DNA from: Octopus sinensis
Taxonomy: Eukaryota
DNA: 64,000 nucleotides
Assembly (NCBI RefSeq): GCF_006345805.1
Contig: NC_043009.1
Location: forward strand, 33,852,001 to 33,916,000
Direction: 5' to 3'
In this document: positions 48,001-60,137 of the stretch, piece by piece
Layout: every line of letters begins with the position of its first letter
Numbering within the stretch: position 1 is the first letter of the stretch
The notes under the pieces: model-generated
Seen by the model: the letters and a program-made list of their open reading frames with translations, nothing else
The model's database searches: none
What the model was told of the DNA's origin: nothing
Position numbers and translations under genes: made by a program

Positions 48001-51000
48001 AATTCTGGGGTTGATTTGTTCAACTAAACCCTTCAAGGTGGTGCTTCAGCATTGCCATAGTCCAGTGACTGAAACAAGTAAAAGGTAAAAGGTAAAAAAA
48101 AAACTTCAATGAAATCAGTCAAATTGATACAAAAATATGCAAGGTTCTCACAATGCAGATGTAAACAGACTACACATCCCTTGAAGACATGGGAACATGG
48201 ACTGATGCAGCTGCTTCAAAAGACATCAACCACAAGGGTTAGACACCTATCTGAAGACTGGATGCTTGTATTTGTCTGCAAACATGAGAGTATCAAGAAA
48301 CTGTGGAATAAAGAAATATGTAAAGGAATTGAAGATCACTGAGATTCAGGTGCAACCGTTATGAAATAGAATCCACTGTGAAAGCAAAAGTAATAAAAGT
48401 TCTCAGCATCTGATCTGCTTTCTCTTCAATATATCATTGCTCATCATAAATAACACCTGTGGTAAAATGTCCAACTTGCTGTTACTTGAGGTCTCATATA
48501 AAACAACAACAACAACAACGATGATGACAATGATTTCTCTATTAATCAAAAAGTATTTACATTAAGAAAATGTTAAGGATGGCACAATTCAAAACATTGA
48601 GTGCGTGTGTGTGTGTATGGAAATGCATGTAAACAGGTGTAAAAAAAAAAAGTTGTAATAACATTTTAAGAATGTGTATTCCTCAATAGGGAGGAGACAA
48701 TTGAGGGCTGCTCATGGAAACACCCCCAAAAAGCCATGGATACCCTGACTCCTGGGACAGGTGCCTTTCCTCAGTTCCTCATCTCTGATTAACAGGCATA
48801 TGCTTAGGGTAGGCCCATTTACTTGCACTACACTTGCCACTCTCACCCGCCTTTCAACAAAATGGTTGGAAGGTAACAATTCACTCTCCACCCAAATTTT
48901 ACTCAAGTGAAACTTGTAGTTGATGAGGAATTGGCCAAAGAGGAAAGTGTTTGTCTTCAGCCCCTTCAATCTCATCCACCACACCACTTTTGCCAAGGCC
49001 ACCAGGCATATAAAAACTGCCTGTCCTTCCCAGTTACAAGAAGGTGGCAGGACGATCTTCAAGATAGATTCAGTTGATAGCTGGATCCATTTCATATGTG
49101 ACAGCAGGTGTTCAATATAAATCCACAGGTCAGCAATGTTTGAGTGCATGCGAAATGGTTTTGTTTCCCTGCATGCATCTTGGACATGCTCAGATGATGG
49201 TACTTCTGTGCCTGTAGAGTTTATCGCAAACTGGCAATGCTCCTTGGTAGCACTGCCAAGCCAGGGATTTCTGGAAGTTATCCATCAAATTCGGGCCAAA
49301 AGTTCTGTAGAGGAGAGTGATTAGTTGATTGTCTTTGATGCTCAAGGTTTCCCCAATAACACTGCTACTAAATCCATTATGGAATACTAAAGTGGACTTT
49401 CCACCTATCACACTGCCTGACTGGCTGAGGGCAGTGAGCACTTGAAGACATTTCATTTTCTAAATGCTTTCTCTCAGGCTCTGCTTGACCCAGGACTGAA
49501 GCTCTGTCAAGGAGACCAGCTGAGGAATCACGTCAAGCAAATGGTGACCAAATCTGTTCACCATCAAGGAAGTACTGGAGATATAGTCTCAGCACATGTT
49601 TGTGCATCATCATCAACAGCAAACCAAGTTTACCACTGAATAGATGTTGCTATGCATTGCAGCAATCTATCCCCTGAAAACAGATCCAAAACTGGCTACT
49701 TTGAGGACCACTGCCAAGTACAGATGGTCAACCCTATTAAAAGCTTTGAATTGATCTAAACTGATTAGGAACCCAGCAGTGCCACGTTCTTTAACTATCT
49801 TCTCTATGATGTATTACATAAGATGTAAGTTGTCATGAACAGATCTTTCCAGGATGGCACATGTCTGTGCCATCCCTACCAGACCACTGAAAACAAGCAC
49901 CAACCTTGTAACTAACACCTTGGTCAAAATTTTGAATTCTACATTCAGTGTAGTTATGTGCCTAAAATCATCAATGCAGTTCTCCTTGTTTGGGTCTTTT
50001 CACAGCAGTGCCACTGCTCCTTGGTTCACAAAACTGGGAATTCTTCCTTTCTGTTGCAGTCAACATTTCTCAAGGTGTCATCAAAGAAGTCTGGTATATA
50101 AGTGTAAAGTGTGTAGGGCAGACCATCTAATTCAGGCTAGCTACCCTTCATGCAGTTAGCTATTGCTTCCTGTATTTCAGCAGCTGTTATTGTCCTCTTA
50201 CACCCATCCCCATCTCTATCACTGAGAGCTATAGCAGTCTGTTGAGAGGGGATGTAATGTCTGTCATGCGATTTGGCTCACCACTGCTCCCAAACAGTTG
50301 AGTGAAGTGCTGTTGAAAAGCCACACACATCTGTCTGGGATCTACTAGTATGTCCTGTAAGATCAGATTATGGATTTATTGCGATGCCGAGCCTCTGCCA
50401 CTTGACCCATTGAATGGCTTTCATCCTTTTATGTCTAAGAGAACACACATTAGCTTTGACAATGCAGTTTTCATGTTTTGTGTAGAAGAATTGGTCAAGT
50501 GCCAATCTCACTGTAAGCACATCAGTCATGAATGTCTTTTTTAAATGCCTCACCTAACTTTCTGACTACCCCATTTACAAAACCTCACTGATTCTATTCT
50601 AATTACTCTCTTCAGGATAAACAACAATTTGTTGTAGATGATTGCCCCTGTCTACATCTATACAGTTTTTGCTATTACAGTCATTTATAAAGAATATTCA
50701 CTTAAAACCTCTGTCCAACATACGTTTTTGCAGCATGGATATCTTGTTAAGTGGTGTTTGTTTTCATCCTACTTAAAAACGTATCTGTACAGATTTATTC
50801 AAGGTGTTACCACAATTAAAGTTTGAAGCAGTTCACTTGAAACTTTGATAGTGGCAACATCTTGAATAAAGCTGCATGGATACATTCTTAACCAGGATGA
50901 TATCTGGATGTAGATGAACCAACAAGATGCAAATAGACACTACTTAATAAGATAGCCATGCAGAAAAAAACATATGTTGGGACACAAAACTCTACTTGTG

Positions 51001-54000
51001 AAGACCTGTTGAGGCAAGTGAGAAGCGGAATCGAAATCGATCAACATCAATGGAAATTGCAGCTGTGATACCAGTGCCAGTGGCATGTAAGAGAACCATC
51101 CGAATGTGGCCGTTGCCAGCGCCGCCCTGACTGGCCTCATGCCGGTGGCGCGTAAAAAGCACCATCCATTCATGGCCGTTGCCAACCTTGCCTGGCCCCT
51201 GTGCCGGTGCCACGTAAAGAGTACCATCCGATCATGGCTGTTTGCCAGTCTCGTCTGGCACGTAAAAAGCACCCACAACACTCACGGAGTGGTTGGCGTT
51301 AGAAAGGGCATCCAGCCGTAGAAACATTGCCAGATTAGACTGGGCCTGGTGCAGCTTTCTGGCTTCCCAGACCCCAGTTGAACCGTCCAACCCATGCTAG
51401 CATGGAAAGCGGATGCTAAACGATGATGGACAGAAGTTATAAATGAATACACTGCATAAATAGCTGCAATAATAAAAAACTGAGTAGATGTATTTATAAT
51501 TTAACAAAGTAAACTCAGGATTTACCCATCAGGTGAAATACATAGGGATTGTTTACCTTAAACAGCCATAGGTTATTCCATATCATTTGATGTGGTTAGC
51601 CAGAACTTGGATTATACTAGAGTTCTTAAACAGTACCTGCTTGGATCTATTATCTCTATCTATTCACTATATATATATTGGATGGAACTGGATTGCTTGT
51701 GTTCAGTCCACAGCAGGATGAAGGCTCCAGCATGTTCTCTCCACCAGCCACAGTCCAATGTGGAGGCTGTGAATTTGAGCTTGAGATCATATTGGTTTGA
51801 TGAGCCTACTCTGCCATACTGGCTTGACATGGCTTGGCAGAGGGGTGCAATTCTTTTTCATACTCTTACACAGGAATAGTGATGTTGATCGCAATTACCC
51901 CAGTGTACAACTGGTATTTATTTTATTGATCCCAAAAAAACGAAGGACAAAGTCAGCCTCAGACGAATTTGAACTCAAAATGTAAGGATGGATAAAATAC
52001 TGCTAAGCATTTTCCCCACTGTACTTACAACTCTGCTAGCTAACTTTATATATATATGCTAGGAGTGCACACCCTCTAGAGAAAAAAACTTAAAATAAAA
52101 TATATATACAATATATATACAAGAGCATGTAAAAATATATCAAACTATAACAATATACAAAATATAGAAGGTTGATAAAGAAAGAAGTCCAAATACAGTG
52201 AGTAAAAAATAACGTTTATATCATCTCTTACTATTGCTTTGGAGAGGAGGAATGAAATTATAAAATATACTCTGTAGTGTTGACAGGTATCAAGTACCTA
52301 TAATATTAATTACAAACATCAGTGATTCTAAATGTCAGAAAAAAAGAGGAGACAGTCATGACAGAAATGACTTTGATCATAGGTTTGCATAATCAAGACT
52401 GACCGTGGTCTAAGGAACAACAAGTACCACAACCAGTACCATCACTATCATTTCACTGTCATTATCATTACTTCAACATTTTGAGAAAATAAATTATAAC
52501 ATCCTCTCTCCAAAACAGTAACAACAGGAATTATTTTTTACAAACCAACAAGAGAATTAGTTATGCCGTGGGTTGACCTGCAAGAAACAGTGCAAATTCT
52601 CTCTCAAAACACACCTTACTGTCTTTAAAAAAAAAGGGTACATATAAAGGTTTAATCCAAGATGCCTCTAAAAAGAGAAGATGGTCACAGCAATAGCATC
52701 TTCAATCATGGGTCTGTTCAATAAGGGCTGACCTGGAGATAAATAACAACAGATAATTCAAGAATAAAGAGGTAGAAATGGAAGACATCTTAGAATAAAA
52801 CAACACCAAAATAACTCAAGAAATAAATGACTGAAACAACTCCCCACCAAACAAGCAAACAAATAAATCCTTAAAGCAGTCTTACCTTGTGGTGGTCAGC
52901 AGTTTTTGAAATATCATGGAGAAAGAGTAGAAGTGACTGTAAGACTTCTCGGTTTTCATCAGGCATTAGAATTATGGTCGCATTCACTGCTTCCAACCAA
53001 TGTTCTTTGGGAAAATCTAGATTAGAAAAGGTTGGAGGGACAGTTGATTTATTATTGAACAATTTTTAATTACAACTAACATGCACCTATTCGATGAAAT
53101 ACATGCTCATCAAATAGACGTGTGTATTGTGTGAATGTAGCATCTTTAGAGCTAAATGCCATTAAATGCTGCATATCAGTTTAGTGGTTCATTGTACTTT
53201 CAACTTTTTAATAATGTGTGCTTCAGACACATATCTGCAGGTTAACTGCTTCTTTATTCTCCACTTAGTTCTAAGTTGATATTTTTTCACTACATGATAG
53301 CTGTGCTAGGTGGAGTCGGTGTAATGTTTCAGAACACTGTAATAAAGATGTCTCAGTTGATGCAATACATGTAGCTGCACATAGACACACACAAACAACA
53401 GCAGCAGCCGCTGCCACCACCACCACCAACAACAACAACACAACCACCATTATTATTTAATGCTCATTTTGATACTGACACGGGGTTGGCATTTTGACAT
53501 GGTCTCCATGGCTGCTTTTATCAGGGCACTAGCACTAATGAGGTTGCTTGGTAACTTAGTTTGACAGAGAGAGGCATTTTTATGCTAATAATCAAGAGGC
53601 TAAAACATGAAAGAAAAGACAGGAACATTTTTACATGGCATTGGCATAGGTGCTTTTATGTGACACTAGCACCCACAAGACTAGTTGAAAGAGGGACGTA
53701 AAGGACATACCTAAAAGAGGGATGTAAAGGACATGCCTGTATGTATGGATGGCCATGATTTTACCTAGCTTGACAAGTACAGCAAACTGCCAGAAGTCTT
53801 GGTCCCTTGTCATCTCCTTAGTGAGGTCCAGTGGCTGAAGATCCTTTCTCACCACTTTGTCTCATGTCTTCCTGGGTCTATCTCTTCCACATGTTCTCAT
53901 CACAATTAGAGATTGGCACTTCTTGATGCAGCTGTCCTCGTCCATATGCATCGCATGATCATACCAGTGCAGTCTTCTCTCTCACACACTAAAACTGATG

Positions 54001-57000
54001 CCTTATATACCAAAATTGTTTTCTCAAATCACACATGCACACTGACATTACCATCCAGCATAATATTCTGGCTTCATTTCTTTCAAACCTTTGCATATTC
54101 TCAGTAGTCACAGCCCATGTCTTATTGCCATGTAGCACAGCTATTCATACACAGGCTTCATACAATCTGCCTTTCATTCTGAAGGAAATGCCCTTTGTTA
54201 CTAACAGAGATAGTAACTCTCTGAACTTTTCCCAGCCCGTTCTTATTCTAATCACTATGCCTTCAGAACTATCTCCTCTACTGCTAACTTGGTTGCTTAA
54301 GTAATGGAAACTATCAGTTACTTCTAAGGATCCCACCAAACATTTGAGGGAGTCAATTTTCTGTATGTTCCTAGTGTTTAATGTACCTGCACTTCTGCCA
54401 CACACAATGACTACTTCCTCTGTTAACCATCCGATGATACCACTGCACTTCTTATGTGTCCATATCTAGCACTGGGTACACCTTATGGAGTTTCCACCAA
54501 TACCTTTTCAACATACAGAGCAGGGCCATCTCCCTGAAGGGACCAGTGATTTGTCTGTTTTCCTACTTACTAGGATTTTGGTCTTTTTTAAATCAACTCT
54601 AAGGTCCTGTGATTCTAGACCTTGCTTCTGCCACTTGGTTTGTTATTTTTACTTCATCTCATCCCATCTTCTTCATCCATTTAATCCCGACAGGGTCAAG
54701 GGAGCAGAGTCCACAAACATGCATTCCATTGTGTATAAGTTTTCATGTATATATAAGTCTGTCTACATCTCTCTCCATATAAACGGCAGTTTGTCTGTGT
54801 GTGTTTCTGTGTGTCTGTTTGGTTGTACCCTCACTCTGACCACGGCTTTCAACCGATTCTGATGAAACTTGACACACACATAGCCCAATGTCATAATTCA
54901 AAACTAACGCAGCGAAAATTTTGAAAAGTTCCCCCAGTTCTGAAAAAGATCGATAAATTCGACATGGGGTCGACAATCAGAAACACAAACCACAGATGGT
55001 CTAGGGGACGCAACTCGACCTTTTTAACTATCAAAAAAAAATTTACCATAATTTTTTTGCTATTTTTTGGCTATAACTCTCTAAAAATGCTTTATAGTTA
55101 TTTCCCTTACAAACCCGAGCAACGCCGTGCGATACTGCTAGTAAAACTATAATTGTATAACTTTGTGTGTGTGCGTGTGTGTGTGTGTATATATATATAC
55201 TGAGTCTGCCAAGATGATTCAAAAACCCAACACCTAATAAGATAATGGTACCCCTCTGATGAGATTTTTGCCTAACATAATGATTTAATTCAAATAATTA
55301 GATATTTAATTTACTATATGAGTAAGGGAGAAAAAGGAAGAGGGGAAAATATACTGATAGAAGGAAAAAGAGGAAGGAAAAGTGAGGTGATAGTGCAAAG
55401 GTAAGAAAAGAGAGAAATGAGGAAACGAGAGTAAAAAGAAAGGAGAAAGTGAAAGAAAGAGAGAAACATGAATGGCATGTAAGCTGTGTACATTGTTACT
55501 CACGTGTAAAAACCCCAATAAATGTTTCTGATAGTTTATTAGTCAATAAACATTCTGGTAGTTCACGGAAATATTGCTTTGTGAGGTCAGCAACATCATA
55601 AGATTGCAAACTGGTAAAAGCAACCATCTCTAAAAGTAAAAAATAAAACAAAAAGGATATAGTTTAGATAGATTTTTGATATATATACACACACACACAC
55701 ATACATACATATCAATATCATCATCATTTAACATCTGTCTTCCATGCATGCATGGGTAGGATGGTTGACAGGAGCTGGCCAGGTAGAAGACTACCCTAGG
55801 CTACTGTAACTGTTTTGGCAGGATTTTTACAGCTGGATGCCTTTCCTAACACCAACCACTCAGCAAAATGAACACAGTGCTTTTTATGTGGCACTAGCAA
55901 AGGTGGTGTCAGTTTTGGCATGACTTTTACAGCTGGATGCTTTTTACATGGCACCAACACTGGAATAGTCACCAAGTAACTTGCAAGGCTTGGAATTTTG
56001 AGAGGGGTGGGGACATTAGAGGAAGAGATCATCTGTCAGTTGATGAACGGTTAGAATGTGACAATGAAATGAAGAGGTAGAAACAAGAATCTTGCTATAG
56101 AGGAGGTACAAGGTTACCAGGCAAGAAAGAGGTACAAGAAAGAGAACTGAAACAGGTGTGCTGCTGTAGAGGAGATACATGGCTACCCAGCCAGAGGGAA
56201 GAGCAAGGGAAAGAGAGAGAGTGAGGGAAACAGCAAAAGTGCAAGAGAGAGATGGTGGTGAAGTGCCAAATATTGTCAAGAAAGCACGAGTAGCAAATGG
56301 GGATTGCAGTGACTGGTGGAAACCTGAGTATAAAGACGGAGTGGGGAAAAGCAGCAATAGAGTGAACAAGACAATGAGGAGAGGGAAGAAGAGTGGGAGA
56401 CAATCACAGTGTATGAAGAGGAAACGCGACTAAGAGATACTTGCAGTTTAGAAGAGGAGATGTAGTTTGGTTTCTTGGGGTAGGGTGTGTGAAAAGTTTA
56501 TTGTTACATGTGGATGGGACACAGCTCTTATAGCACTCAGTTTTGCTGACATGGGTGGGTCTTCTATAGAACCTCATGTCGCCTAACATCCTGGTCCATT
56601 GTCATTTCCTCTTTGAGCCCTAACTTTCTGATATTGGTCCTCACCGCTTCATTCCATGTCTTTCTGGGTCTCCCTCTTTCACAGATACCATCCACTTTCA
56701 GTGACAGTCACATTGGTATACAGCTGTCTTTACTCATACACATTACATGTGTATATATGTGTGTGTATATATATGAAGGTAGTGCGCCAAACTGCCTAAG
56801 TCATGATGGCTAAAAGAAACTAATAAATGGATCACTCTGCTATCTGTGGAAACATCACAGTAAACAACTAAAGTTGTACATGCATATCTTGCAATCTGAT
56901 CCCACTAAACATTTGAGACCTGACTCAAGGATTATTGTTATGTATAGTGCAGCAGCCCTTTAGTACAAACACTCGAATCTTAAAGTTGGATTGATCTCAG

Positions 57001-60000
57001 ATCTTAGATCCAAGAGAGAACTTGTAATAAATTGTATACATTTATGAATAGCAAACCATTTTCATGTGCTTTGGATTTCTAAATTATAGGATGGGACTGA
57101 ATTATGCTTTGATAGAAATTCCTTGTTTAAAAGAAAAACTCCAGCATGCCCAGAACCACTAAGTCAGTCATGCTAACATATTCTATCTCCTTTTGTTTCA
57201 AGTCAATGACAGAACACTTTGTGGTCACTTGATTTTCTTGAAATAGCTTGTGGTCACATCTTCTAAAAAATCTCCCTTACATTCCAGCTTGCTATCTTAC
57301 AAAAATATGTGGATAATATAGTCCTCTTTCCACAGTGTCTGGGTAAAAAATAGGATATTCATGATTGGAATATTTATGATCATGGGTCTCCTTGATCAGA
57401 TTTCACCTGGAGCTAAAAAGCAACAATAAACTAAACAATTTCTGAAGGATAGAAAAACAGATTATTACCGGTATTAAGTTCAATTTGCTCTCGGATGTTC
57501 TGTATTCTTGATTTAACACCAGATCTACGGAAAATTCCATCAGCATCTTTTGCAGTACTCCTAAGATATTTCATGGCATACAATATACACTGAGGAACTG
57601 GCTGGCCAGATCTGCGCAGTGTTTCAATTAGAGGGACCCCAAAAACTTTCTTGTCTTTGTAGTCAGGTTCTTTGACTTTTTTGATAAAACGTGATACAGT
57701 CCAATTCCATCCAGACCGGTTTGCTGGTGAGAATTTCTCCATGAGGGTTGTTATTGTTAACATGCACACACTTTGAAGTTTATGGATTTGTCTGACAGAC
57801 AGTGTACAAATCTGTGCGGATTTGCTGCTGAAACTTGGTCGGTGGCTTTTCTGGAAGCTATACCAGCGAATTCTGTTATGTTTCTTTAAACTGAAATTAA
57901 AACAAAGACAAAGAATTAAATGTTTTAGTATTATTACAAAATGGTTATAGAGATGAAGATTATATGGTGAATATAGTTGAAAAGAAACAGAGACTTTCCT
58001 CCTCAGTTAAGTTCTCATTAATTTTTCAACTTTCACATAAATGTGAGCTCAGAAAGGGTAGAGCTACTTCTTAGCAAATTTGTACACAATTTAGTGTGTA
58101 AGAGTAGCAAATATGGCCCTGGTGAATGAGCCAACACTTAACATACCTGCAAACTGGAAAATAACAGGTGATAACAACTGCCTTTGAGGGTTAAGGCAAT
58201 CTTGGATTTGTAGTTTTTGATATTATATTTTTACGTGATTCAATTTATACCATTACTGTGCTATACTCTGTCTTTTGTACTTCAACATTTTTGGATTCTT
58301 ATAGCTAATAAGGAAATTTTTTATAATTATCAACCACAAAATATGAAAATGATCTCAGTTGCAAAATAAGTGAAACTACAAGGACAATATCAGAAATAGC
58401 ATAAAAGCGTGGCTGTGTGGTAAGAAGTTTGCTTCCCAACCACATGTTCCATCGTTCCATGTTCAGTTCCACTGCATGGCACTTTGGTCAAATGTGTTCA
58501 GCTACAGCTTCAGGCTGATCAATGCTTTATGAGTAGATCTGGTAGGTGGAAACTGAAAGAAGCCTGTCATACAGCTACAATTGTTCCCCAGGTTCCAAGC
58601 AGAAGAAACATGCCATCATTGAATTCTTGATGTAGGAAGAGTGCAGGCTGTCTGACACTCACAGAAAGCAACGTGCACCAATAGATAAAGTTTAACCCTT
58701 AAGCATTCACAGTATTCTGTTAAAATTGATGCTTATTTATTCACATAGTTTTGAATTAAACATTCATTAATTTGTGCTTTGAGATTTTGATGAGGTAACT
58801 GTTTATTTTTAGAATGATAACATAGGATTGATACAAGTGGCCAGTTCTCGCCAGTTTGAACATAAAACAAGTAGAATATTTTGGCTGGATATGGCTGGTT
58901 TAAATGTAAAAGAGTTAAAGAAGAAACTTGCATTGAGGACAAACCACATAGTAGGAAACCAGAAACTGTGACCATTGACATGATTTATTACCTTTCTCTC
59001 CTTCAAATAGCCACTTTGCACACACTCTGACATCCAAACGTTTCAGCCATCTTCTAAAATGCATTGTCACCTCTGTCCAGTTGTTAAGCAAGCTTATGGA
59101 TTGCGACAATGCATTTTAGAAGATGGCAGAAAACTTTGCTTAGCAGTTAACACCCAATTTGATGGATAGGTGGAAATTTGCTCTGATCTGCTGGAAGCAT
59201 TTGAAATGAATAAAAACATTCTTTTCCCAATCTGGTGATTGGGGATGAAAAACAGGCATATCTTTATAATCCAGGTGAATAAGTATGATACCATTCCATG
59301 AACTGAGCCTTCGTTCATCATCATCGTATAATGTCTGTTTTCCATGCTGGCATGGGTTGGACGGTTTGCCAATCCCCTGTCAAAACGTCCAACCCATGTC
59401 ATCAAGGAAAATGGACATTAAACGATGATAATGATGGTGATGAACAATGGCTCAGTTCATGGAACTGATATTATACTTACTTGCCAAAGCCTAAAAGAGC
59501 CAGAATTTGGCACAGAAAACCATGACAACTGTTTGGGATATAAGAAAGGCATCAGTTACCTTGATTTTATGGAATATGAATTTACTATGAACTATGAGCA
59601 GTACCTTAAGGTACTCAGAAAGATTACAGAAGCCATTAAGAAGTGATTGGACAAGAATCTAAAAATGATCCCCATTCACCATGACAATGCACAACCACAC
59701 ACATCTTTAGCAACAAATCAGGCAATCAGCAAATTATGTTGCTCAGTGCCCCATCCCCATCCCATCTATTGTATACCACGGCTCTAGAGTCTTCCAACTT
59801 TCACCTGTTCAATTCAATGAATTTTAAATACTATTGGAACTTACTCACAAGGTATTGGAATCTTATATCTATACCATTCTGCCTAAATTATGGATCTACA
59901 GATGCAATATCCCTGCATACCTTACATCTATTTTCATTCCTCCACATCACTCTCTATTTCATATCTTATCTAAATTAACTATTGCTTAACCATTTTCTGA

Positions 60001-60098
60001 CACCATCTCCAAAATATTCCGGAAACAGCCGTAAGACCTATTTATAAATATTCTAAAATCTTTCACAGCCTTGGTTTTTTTTTTTATCTCATTCTGAA

Positions 60099-60137
<39 letters not shown>

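Noticed and set aside
56179-56589. Short purine-rich ORFs on both strands
   Set aside because: Part of dispersed repeat sequence (similar to about 10480-10660); no splice or domain support.
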